64,000 bases of DNA, from positions 11,098,001-11,162,000 of the forward strand of contig NC_092000.1 of assembly GCF_044704955.1 (NCBI RefSeq), written 5' to 3'. The DNA comes from Pristiophorus japonicus (lineage: Eukaryota). The stretch's first letter is position 1. The number at the start of each line of letters is the position of its first letter. A program made the position numbers and the translations under genes. This document shows, piece after piece, positions 25,872 through 36,968 of this stretch. The notes below the pieces were generated by a model, which searched no databases, was not told where the DNA came from, and saw nothing but the letters and a program-made list of their open reading frames with translations.

Positions 25872-27269
25872 CTTAAAAAGGAGAAAAGCATAACCGTGAG
25901 GGAGTCATTCTGAATCGTGGGATTGATGGAGCCACATCAGTGAGTGGGCACCCCAGGGGCACATCTGCAGCTTTCCTGAACAGTACTGGACAGGTACAGA
26001 CCGAGTTGTAACCCCACATTGTCCTATCCGTACTGGACACCACGTCCTGCTCACCTGCAGGAAGCCATGTGGGTAATGGCTTAATCCCATGGTGCTGGAG
26101 AAAGAAAGACCTGCATTTATATAGCGCCTTTCACGACCACTGAATGTCTCAAAGCACTTCACAGCCAATGAAGTACTTTTCAAGTGTAGTCACTGTTGTA
26201 ATGTGGGAAACACGTCAGCCAATTTATGCACAGCAAGCTCCCACACACAGAAACGTGATATTGGCCCTGATAATCTGTTTTTTTGTTATGTTGATTGAGA
26301 GATAAATATTGGCCCCAGGACACCAGGGATAACTCCCCTGCTCTTCTTTGAAATAGTACCAAGGGATCGTTTACGTCCACCTGAGCGAGCAGACGGGGCC
26401 TCGGTTTAACATCTCATCCGAAAGGCGGCATCTCCGACAGTGCAGCACTCCCTCAGCACTGCACTGGGAGTGTCAGCCTAGATTTTTGTGCTCAAGTCCC
26501 TGGAGTGGGACTTGAACCCACAACCTTCTGACTCAGGCGAGTGTGCTGCCCACTGAGCCCCAGCTGACACAAGTAGTGGGGAAATAAAATGTTAAAAATC
26601 AGCTTTTGATTGCAATCAAGTGATTTGTTCTGCTCGATGAGTCTGTGTGCACATTAGGTGATTCCAAGATCATATCTGGCTGTGGTTTCCCCTCCCCAAA
26701 ACAATAATTAGCATTTATATAGCACCTTTAGTGTAGCGCAAGGTTTTAAGGGGCTTTGCAGGAGCATTAACAAACAAAATTTGACACTGAGCCACATAAG
26801 GAGATATTAGGACAGTTGACCAAAAGCTTGGACATTGAGGCACGTTTTAAAGAGGGTCTTAAAAGAGGCGAGAGAGGTAGAGAGGCGGAGAGGTTTAAGA
26901 AGCGAATTCCAGAGCTTGGGGCAGCTGAAGGAACGGCCTCCAATGGTGGAGCCATGAAATTTGGGAATGGGCTAGAGGCCAAAAGTGGAGGAGTGCCGAG
27001 ATCTTGGTGGTTTGTGAAGCTGGAGGAGGTTATAGAGATCGGCGAGGGGCGAGGTCATGGAGGGATTTTGAAATTGAGGTGTTGCTGGACAATGGTCAAA
27101 CAACTTGCCAATATTCACAGTCTCGGTTAGCGCACGAAAACTAACGATTTGGTTTGTCAGCCGTGGCTCAGTGGGTAGCACACTCGCCTTTGAGTCAGAA
27201 GGTTGTGGGTTCAAGTCCCACACCAGAGACTTGAGCACAAAAATCTAGGCTGACACTCCAGTGCAGTAG

Positions 27270-28772
27270 TGAAATTTACAGTGGAGAAAGAGGATAACAT
27301 GCCAGAAATCCCAAAGATACAATATTAAATCAGGGACTTAATGAAAATAAAATAATAGTAATGAAGAAAATAATGGCACGAAAGAGTGACAAATCCCCAG
27401 GGCCAGATGCTTTCCATCCCAGGGGTTTAAAGGATGGAGGTGAGCACATGCAGATGTCCCAACTATAATCTTCCAAGGTTCTTTTGATTCAGGAACCGTT
27501 CCTTGGAAAATTGCGCATGTCACTCCGCTATTTAAGAATGGGGAGAGAGGGAAACCAGGGAATTATAGACCAGTTAGCCGAACATCTGTTGTCAGGAAAT
27601 TGCTAGTGTCTATACTTAAGGAGAGGGTGACTGAACACCTTGAACATTTTCAGCTGATCAGAGAAAGTCAGCATGGATTTGTGAAAGGTAGGTCATGCCT
27701 AACAAACCTGATTAGTTTCATCATCTCCACAAAAAATTCAGTGGACAGGGGAATGTCTATGGATGTTATTTATCGGGTGGGGTGGAGTGTATATGTCGTG
27801 ATACACAAGGTATCGCAATTCTGTAGTACAGTTTTGGTTTCCATATTTATGAAAGGATATACTTGCTTTGGAGGCAGTTCAGAGAAGGTTCACTAGGTTG
27901 ATTCCGGAGATGAGAGGGTTGACTTATGAGGAAAGGTTGAGTACGTTGGGCCTCTACTCATTGGAATTCAGAGGAATGAGAGGTGGTCTTATCGAAACGT
28001 CTAAGACTATGAGGGGGCTTGACAAGGTGGATGCAGAGAGGATGTTTCCACTGATAGGGGAGAATAGAACCAGGGGACATTATCTTAGAATAAGGGGCCG
28101 CCCATTTAAAACTGAGATGAGGAGGAATTTCTTCTCTCAGAGGGTTGTAAATCTGTGGAATTTTCTGCCTCAGAGCTATGGAAGCTGGGTCATTGAATAA
28201 ATTTAAGACAGAGATAGACAGTTTCTTAACCGATAAGGGAATAAGGAGTTATGGGGAGCGGGCAGGGAAGTGGACCAGTGATAGATCTCTTAATTTCCAA
28301 TGAAATACGAACTCCGATGGTAGTTTTAACTTTTTAATACTGGCAGAGAGCAACAAACTGCTGGCTGATTGCCAGTTTCTTTGTTCTACTGAGACACATG
28401 GTCAAAATGGCTGTACTTTATACCTGGATCAATTTACAGAAAAGAACTCGCCTTCTTTGACCTTATTGGCTCAATTGAAAGTCTTTTAACGTTTTATTGG
28501 CTCGCTACCCAAGGTCCGAAAATGTCAAGTTGATTGATGAGTTAATGCAACATGCTGAGCAGCACGTAGCAGCCTTGACTTGGGGGTCTGTGAATTTTCA
28601 CAGAAAGTCTAAATGAGCCTGTTTGAATACTCTATCAATACCGATAAGGGAATAAGGAGCTATGGGGAGCGGGCAGGGAAGTGGACCAGAGTCCATGATC
28701 GTATTAAATGGTGGAGCAGGCTCGAGGGGCCATGTGGCCTACTTCTGCTCCTATTTCTTATGTTCTTATGTT
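27270..28772 (+). mobile_element. CR1 LINE pieces
   Basis: SQHGFVKGRSCLTNL, VQRRFTRLIP; 3'UTR with ttcttatg tail. Confidence 0.85.
28279..28637 (-). mobile_element. probable solo LTR
   Basis: Inverted termini TGATAGA/TCTATCA; TATAAA and AATAAA on the minus strand. Confidence 0.6.
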
Positions 28773-28833
28773 CTCATGGTCTTTACCTGTCCATCATTGC
28801 TCGTATGTTCGTAACTCTCACTTTCACACTCAC

Positions 28834-28887
28834 CATGTAAACCGGTTCCTCCTCCGGCCGCCCTGTCACTCTGCACTTCCTTACGAT
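28834..28887 (-). CDS. IgSF receptor exon 6: juxtamembrane IVRKCRVTGRPEEEPVYM
   Basis: Acceptor ctccctctttcag, donor ATG|gtgagt; 54 nt, phase 0-0. Supplies the basic stop-transfer RKCR directly after the TM. Confidence 0.85.
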
Positions 28888-31229
28888 CTGAAAGAGGGAG
28901 GCAACTAAGATTAACAGATTTGTCCGACCACCGCTTGATTGTAAATACAAAGGGCAACAGGCTGGAGATGCACGGCAGGTCGGGCAGCATTGGTGGAGCA
29001 ACAGAAGTCTGTTGGTCGAGGTTGCAGCTCTCGAGGACACCTGAGCAAGGGTCTGAGGACCTCAAAGCGCCGAAATGGCCGATTCAGTTTCTCCGTGGCT
29101 GCTGCCTGACCCGCCCGGTGTGGCCAGCCGTTGCCGGTCGAAGATTTCCAGCACCAGCGGCAATATGATTTTGCGCGGCTAACTGCACCATTGGCTGGCG
29201 GGCTTCACCGAAAAAGATGTGGAACAAGTGGAGCTCCAAAATAAAAGTCAACAAGGTACTTACTGTTATGTATGTAACTATGTAATACTTACCACCAGAG
29301 GGCGCGACTGTTGGAGTCCTAATGGTCACCTGCACACATGTGCAGGGCCAGTATAAAAGGTTGGCTGCCATGTTGTTTAGACTCTGGAGTTGTAATAAAG
29401 ATGACTAAGGTCACACTAACTTTAGCTCACAATACTCAGCCTTATGGAGTTCTTCTATACATAATAATTGGCGACGAGTAACAGAATACGAACCTTCACA
29501 CAACCATGGCTGCCATTGGACTATTAGAGAGATTCGTAGAGGGTGATGATTGGGAAGCCTTCGTCGAGCATCTCGACCAATACTTCGTGGCCAACGAGCT
29601 GGAAGAAGTCACTAATGTGGTCAAGCGCTGGGCGGTTCTTCTCACCGTCTGTGGGCCTAAAATATACGGCCTCATCAAGAATCTGCTCGCACCCCGACAA
29701 AACCAATGGAGAAGGAATATACAGAGTTGTGCATGGAGGTTCGGGACCACCTCAAGCCGAAGGAGAGTATCCTCATGGCCAGATATCGTTTTTACACGCA
29801 CCATCGCTCCGGGGGGCCAGGGCGTGGCGGATTATGTCGCCGTCCTGAGACTTCTCGCGGGACCTTTCGATTTTGGCGCTGCGTTGGGGCAAATGCTGCG
29901 AGACTTTTTCGTGCTGGGCATCAGCCACGAGGTCATTCTTCAAAAGCTGCTGGCTGCCGAAACCCTAGACCTGAACAGGGCCATCGCGATCGCCCAGGCA
30001 TGCATGGCCACGGATGATAACACCAAACAGATATCTTCTCAACATCGATGCTCACCGGCAAGTACTGTGCATGAAATGATTTCGCGAGCAGGCCGAACTG
30101 CATATGGCAGGGCCTATACGTCTGTGGCTGCAAGACCTGTGATACTCAGAGTCCGCCATCGGGAGTGAATGTGAATCCATTAACACCGTGTTGGCTCTGC
30201 GGGGGTAATCATCGGGCCCATCAATGTCGATTCAAGCACTACGTGTGCAAAGGCTGCACAACAATGGGGCACCTCCAGCGAATGTGCAAACGTGCTGCGA
30301 CACACCACGTGGCAGAGGATGATCGATCCGGCGCGGATCACGCAGCACAGGCAACTCAACCTGAGGAAGAAATGTATGGGGTGCATACCTTCACCACCAA
30401 GAGCCCTCCTATAATGCTGAAAGTCAAATTAAATGGAGTTCCAGTATCCATGGAGTTGGACACGGGTGCGAGTCAGTCAATAATGAGCCAGAAGGCTTTC
30501 GAGAAACTGTGGGGCAATAAGGCACAAAGGCCTAAACTGAGCCCGATTAATGCAAAGCTGCGTACCTACACCAAAGAGCTCATACCAGTCATTGTAAGTG
30601 AGGCAGTGAAGGTATCATATGATGGGGCTGTGCATGATCTATCATTGTGGATTGTTCCAGGCAATGGCCCAAAGCTGTTTGGCAGAAGCTGGCTGGAAAA
30701 GATTAGAATGACATCAAAGCACTATCTTCAGTGGATGACGCCTCGTGTGCTCAAGTGCTGAGCAAGTTTCCCTCGCTATTCGAACCAGGCATCGGCAACT
30801 TCACAGGCGCCAAGTTACAGATCCATCTAGGCCCTGAAGCACGGCCCATCCATCACAAGGCTCGGGCGGTTCCATACATGATGAGGGAGAGAGTCGAGAT
30901 CAAACTGGACAGACTCCAACGCGAAGGAATCATATCGCCAGTCAAGTTCAACGAGTGGGCCAGTTCAATTGTTCCGGTGTTGAAAAGCGATGGCACAGTC
31001 AGAATCTGCGGAGACTACAAGGTAATGATTAACCGAGTCTCACTACAGGACCAGTACTCGCTGCCCAAGGCAGATGACCTGTTTGCAACGTTAGCGGGGG
31101 GGGGGGGGGGGGGGGGGCGGCGGGCGGAAGTCGTTCACCAAGTTGGACCTAACCTCCGCCTACCTGACACAGGAGCTGGCTAAATCTTCGAAAAGACTGA
31201 CGTGCATCAGCACACACAAAGGACTGTTC

Positions 31230-34200
31230 ATCTGACCTAGATACATTTTAAAAAGAGGCAGCTCGTGCAGAGCACGGAATGCAACAGCATAGAGTGGCAT
31301 TTGTGAGTTTGGTAAGTGGGTGAGTTTTAAGGGTTATTCTCGTTAAACCATTTGGAGGCTGGAGTAAATTGTTAGTGGCAATTGCCAGTAGCTTCTAAGT
31401 AAGTAGCAGTTTAATTTAAAGGGGAAAAGTTAAATAGTTGGAAATCTTTCAGGTTTAGGCAGAGAAAACGAAGGTAACTCTCCAGTAGGAGGTAATTAGC
31501 AGCTAGTTAAAACCAGTTCTGTAAACGACTGACCAGTAGTGAGTCATCTGACCTAGATACAGTTTAAAAAGAGGCAGCTCGTGCAGAGCACGGAGTGCAG
31601 CAGCATAGAGTGGCATTTGAGAGTTTGGTAAGTGGGTGAGTTCGGGCGGCAGGTGCTGTTTTGTCTTGTTTTTCCTACCAGTGCTGACACTAGAGCAGCT
31701 AATAAGGAGTGCGAGAGTAGGAGACGGAGGCCCAGAGACCAGCCCAACCAGTTGCAGACAAAGAGAGAGGGATGCGAAATCGAGAGGTGACGTCACAGCC
31801 AAGATGGTAAGGGGTTAGCTGTTCGACTGGTAAGCATAACTCTCTTTTAGACTGACTTTTAGATTGGTTTAATTGGCAGCCAACCAATAAGTAGCTGTTT
31901 GGTGTTTAAGTAAATTTTAGTAAGTAAATTAATTTAAGGGTTAAGTCATGGCAGGAGAGCTCGGACCCGTGTTATGCTCCTCCTGTGCTATGTGGGAAGT
32001 CAGGGACGCTTCCAGTGTCCCTGACTACTATGTGTGCGGGAAGTGTGTCCAGCTGCAGCTCCTGACAGACCGCATGACGGCACTGGAGCTACGGATGGAC
32101 TCACTCTGGAGCATGCGCGATGCTGAGAATGTTGTGGATAGCACATTTAGTGAGTTGGTCACACTGCAGGTAAGGGTTAGGACAAATAGTGAATGGGTGA
32201 CCAAGAGACAAGGCAAGAGCAGGAAGGTAGTGCAGGAGTCCCCTGCGGTCATCTCCCTCCAAAACAGATATACCGTTTTGGATACTGTTGGGGTAGATGA
32301 CTTACCGGGGAAGGCACCAGCAGCCATGGCACCGTGGGTGGCTCTGCTGCACAGAAAGGTGGGAAAAAGAGTTGGAGAGCTATAGTGATAGGGGACTCTA
32401 TTGTAAGGGGAATAGATAGGAGTTTCTGCGGCCGCAACCGAGACTCCAGGATGGTATGTTGCCTCCCTGATGTCTCGGAGCGGCTGCAGAGCATTCTGGA
32501 GAGGGAGGGTAAACAGCCAGTTGTCGTGGTACATGTAGGTACCAACGATATAGGTAAGAAGCGGGAAGAGGTCCTACAAGCTGAATTTAGGGAGCTAGGA
32601 GTTAAATTAAAATGTAGGACCTCAAAGGTAGTAATCTCTGGATTGCTACCAGTGCCACGTGCTAATCAGAGTAGAGGGAGCAGGATAGTTAGAATAAATA
32701 CGTGGCTTGAGCAGTGGTGCAAGAGGGAGGGATTCAAATTCCTGGGACATTGGAAGCAGTTCTGGGGGAAGTGGGACCTGTACAAAAGGGACGGTCTGCA
32801 CTTGGGCAGGACTGGAACTGATGTCCTAGGGATAACATTTGCTAATGCAGTTCGGGAGTGTTTAAACTAATATGGCAGGGGGATGGGAACCTATGTAGCG
32901 AGATAGGGCGAAGTAATATGGAGTCAGAAACAGATGGTAGAAAGGTAAAAAGCAATAGTGGAAGGCCGAGTAAACAAAGGCAAGAAACAAAAAGGGCCAC
33001 ACTACATCATAATTCTAAAAGGACAAAGGGTGTTAAAAAACAAGCCTGAAGGCTTTGTGTCTTAATGCAAGGAGTATCCGTAATAAGGTGGATGAATTAA
33101 CTGTGCAAATAGATGTTAACAGATATGATGTGATTGGGATTACAGAGACGTGGCTCCATGATGATCAGGGCTGGGAACTCAACATCCATGGGTATTCAAT
33201 GTTCAGGGAGGATAGAATAAAAGGAAAAGGAGGTGGGGTAGCATTGCTGGTTAAAGAGGAGATTGATGCAATAGTTAGGAAGGACATTAGCTTGGATGAT
33301 GTGGAATCTATATGGGTAGAGCTGCAGAACACCAAAGGGCAAAAAACGTTAGTGGGAGTTGTGTACAGACCTCCAAACAGTAGTAGTGATGTTGGGGAGG
33401 GCATCAAACAGGAAATTAGGGGTGCATGCAATAAAGGTGCAGCAGTTATCATGGGTGACTTTAATATGCATATAGATTGGGCTAACCAAACTGGAAGCAA
33501 TACGGTGGAGGAGGATTTCCTGGAGTGCATAAGGGATGGTTTTCTAGACCAATATGTCGAGGAACCAACTAGAGGGGAGGCCATCTTAGACTGGGTGTTG
33601 TGTAATGAGAGAGGATTAATTAGCAATCTCATTGTGCAAGGCCCCTTGGGTAAGAGTGACCATAATATGGTGGAATTCTATATTAGGATGGTGAATGAAA
33701 CAGTTAATTCAGAGACCATGGTCCAGAACTTAAAGAAGGGTAACTTTGAAGGTATGAGGCGTGAATTGGCTAGGATAGATTGGCGAATGATACTTAAGGG
33801 GTTAACCGTGGATGGGCAATGGCAGACATTTAGAGATCGCATGGATGAAATACAACAATTGTACATTCCTGTCTGGCGTAAAAATAAAAAAGGGAAGGTG
33901 GCTCAACCGTGGCTATCAAGGGAAATCAGGGATAGTATTAAAGCCAAGGAAGTGGCATACAAATTGGCCAGAAATAGCAGTGAACCCGGGGACTGGGAGA
34001 AATTTAGAACTCAGCAGAGGAGGACAAAGGGTTTGATTAGGGCAGGGAAAATAGAGTACGAGAGGAAGCTTGCAGGGAACATTAAGACGGACTGCAAAAG
34101 TTTCTATAGATATGTAAAGAAAAAAAGGTTAGTAAAGACAAACATAGGTCCCCTGCAGTCAGAATCAGCGGAATTCATAACGGGGAACAAAGAAATGGCA

Positions 34201-36968
34201 GACCAATTGAACAAGTACTTTAGTTCGGTATTCACTAAGGAGGACACAAACAACCTTCAGGATATAAAAGGGGTCAGAGGGTCTAGTAAGAAGGAGGAAC
34301 TGAGGGAAATCCTTATTAGTCAGGAAATTGTGTTGGGGAAATTGATGGGATTGAAGGCCGATAAATCCCCAGGGCCTGATGGACTGCATCCCAGAGTACT
34401 TAAGGAGGTGGTCTTGGAAATAGCGAATGCATTGCCAGTCATTTTCCAACATTCCATAGACTCTGGATCAGTTCCTATGGAGTGGAGATTCGCCAATGTA
34501 ACCCCACTTTTTAAAAAAAGGAGGCAGAGAGAACACAGGGAATTATAGACCGGTCAGCCTGACATCGATAGTGGGTAAAATGATGGAATCAATTATTAAG
34601 GATGTCATAGCAGCGCATTTGGAAAGAGGTGACATGATAGGTCCAAGTCAGCATGGATTTTTGAAAGGGAAATCATGCTTGACAAATCTTCTGGAATTTT
34701 TTGAGGATGTTTCCAGTAGAGTGGACAAGGGAGAACCAGTTGAACCAGAAGGCTTTCGACAAGGTCCCACACAAGAGATTAATGTGCAAAGTTAAAGCAC
34801 ATGGGATTGGGGGTAGTGTGCTGACATGGATTGAGAACTGGTTGTCAGACAGGAAGCAAAGAGTAGGAGTAAATGGGTACTTTTCAGAATGGCAGGCAGT
34901 GACTAGTGGGGTACCGCAAGGTTCTGTGCTGGGGCCCCAGCTGTTTATATTGTACATTAATGATTTAGAAACATAGAAACATAGAAAATAGGTGCAGGAG
35001 TAGGCCATTCGGCCCTTCGAGCCTGCACCGCCATTCAATGAGTTCATGGCTGAACATGCTGAACATTAGACGAGGGGATTAAATGTAGTATCTCCAAATT
35101 TGCGGATGACACTAAGTTGGGTGGCAGCGTGAGCTGTGAGGAGGATGCTATGAGGCTGCAGAGAGACTTGGATAGGTTAGGTGAGTGGGCAAATGCATGG
35201 CAGATGAAGTTATGGGCCCAAGTTTCCACACGATAAAAAACGGGCGCCCCTCCGAGCTGGGCGCCCGTTTTCCGCGCCTAAAACGGCGCCTAAAAACAAA
35301 ATCGCGATTCTGGAGCGTTCTGCAGCTCCTTGTCTGCTTGGCACGGCGCCCAGGGGGGGCGGAGCCTGCACTCGCGCCGATTTTGTAAGTGGGAGGGGGC
35401 GGGTACTATTTAAATTAGTTTTTTTCCAGCCGGCAACGCTGCGCGTACGCGTTGGAGCGTTCGCGCAGTGTGAAAAAAACATTGGCACTCGGCCAATTTT
35501 GTAGTTCTTTGTAGCTGTTTAATTTTTGAATTTTTTTTTAATAAAAGCACATTGCCATCAGCACATCAGCACTTGCAGCCTTCTCACTGTCTCCTTCCCC
35601 TGCCCCCCCGCAGGAAGAACGGGCGCCTCCCCCCCCCCCTGCGGGAAAGAACGGGCTCCTCCTCCCCCCCCCCCCCGCAGGAAAGAATGGGCGCCTCCTC
35701 TTCCCCCCCTACCCCCGCGGGAAGAATGGGCGCCTCCCCCCCCGCGGGAAAGAACGGGCGCCTCCCCCCCCCCCGCGGGAAAGAATGGGCGCCTCCTCTT
35801 CCCCCCCCACCCCCGCGGGAAGAATGGGCGCCTCCTCTTCCCCCCCCACCCCCGCGGGAAGAATGGGCGCCTCCCCCCCCGCGGGAAAGAACGGACGCCT
35901 CTTCCCCCCCCCCCGCGGGAAGAACGGGCGCCTCCTCCCCCCCCCCCCCCGCGGAGTACGTTTTCACTGTGGAAACTTTGAAATCAGGCGTCAGTGGCCG
36001 GACACGCCCTCTTTTGAAGAAAAAATTCTGTTCCAAAGTAGAACTGTTCTACCTGACTAGAACTGCAGAAAAAAAAATGTGGAGAATTGTGATTTCTAAG
36101 ATAGTCCGTTCTCCACCAGTTGCTCCTAAAAATCAGGCGCAAATCATGTGGAAACTTGGGCCCATAATGTGGATAAATGTGAGGTTATCCACTTTGGTGG
36201 TAAAAAGAGAGAGACGGACTATTATCTGAATGGTGACAGATTAGGAAAAGGAGAGGTGCAACGAGACCTGGGTGTCATGGTACATCAGTCATTGAAGGTT
36301 GGCATGCAGGTACAGTAGGCGGTTAAGAAAGCAAATGGCATGTTGGCCTTCATAGCGAGAGGATTTGAGTACAGGGGATTTGAGTACAGGGCTTTGGTGA
36401 GGCCACACCTGGAGTATTGTGTACAGTTTTGGTCTCCTAACTTGAGGAAGGACATTCTTGCTATTGAGGGAGTGCAGCAAAGGTTCACCAGACTGATTCC
36501 CAGGATGGCGGGACTGACATATCAAGAAAGACTGGATCAACTGAGCTTGTATTCACTGGAGTTCAGAAGAATGAGAGGGGATCTCATAGAAACGTTCAAA
36601 ATTCTGATGGGTTTAGACAAGTTAGATGCAGGAAGAATGTTCCCAATGTTGGGGAAGTCCAGAACCAGGGGTCACAGTCTAAGGATAAGGGGTAAGCCAT
36701 TTAGGACCGAGATGAGGAGAAACTTCTTCACCCAGAGAATGGTGAACCTGTGGAATTCTCTAGCACAGAAAGTTGTTGAGGCCAATTCACTAAATATATT
36801 CAAAAAGGAGTTAGATGTAGTCCTTACTACTAGGGGGATCAAGGGGTATGGCGAGAAAGCAGGAATGGGGTACTGAAGTTGCATGTTCAGCCATGAACTC
36901 ATTGAATGGCGGTGCAGGCTCGAAGGGCCGAATGGCCTACTCCTGCACCTATTTTCTATGTTTCTATA
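31230..36968 (+). mobile_element. near full-length CR1 LINE nested in the Gypsy A RT
   Basis: 5'UTR; ORF1 with CxxC..CxxC and SGNH esterase (GDS, VGTND, DGLH; 31948-32870, frameshifted); ORF2 APE endonuclease (NARS, ITETW, GDFN, SDH) plus RT; (TTTCTATG)n tail. Confidence 0.95.
35213..36164. mobile_element. MITE with 22-bp TIRs and an internal G/C minisatellite
   Basis: tgggcccaagtttccacacgat ... atcatgtggaaacttgggccca, flanked by TA on both sides; tandem ccccgcgggaagaatgggcgcctc units at ~35600-35955. Confidence 0.88.

Larger units (their letters stand above)
24215..26900. repeat. ~1.55 kb tandem duplication containing the YDTL exon, a SINE and a LINE tail
   Basis: ~24240-25380 is colinear with ~25765-26920 at high identity. 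SINEs at 24550-25020 and 26100-26570 occupy the same site in both units. Confidence 0.92.

Noticed and set aside
25287-25876. Cys/Pro-rich repeat ORFs in three frames; superficially array-like repeat
   Set aside because: Minisatellite without unique spacers, so not CRISPR; the real exon here is on the minus strand.
27160-27240. tRNA-like sequence with A/B boxes
   Set aside because: SINE head, repeated many times in the window; not a tRNA gene.
32334-32870. SGNH esterase as a captured host gene
   Set aside because: An esterase domain is an established part of CR1 ORF1.
33055-34548. 497-aa ORF as an active or domesticated retroelement gene
   Set aside because: CR1 ORF2 N-terminal half; the downstream RT is broken by frameshifts and insertions.
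35526-36229. Pro-rich ORFs
   Set aside because: Internal tandem repeat of a MITE.
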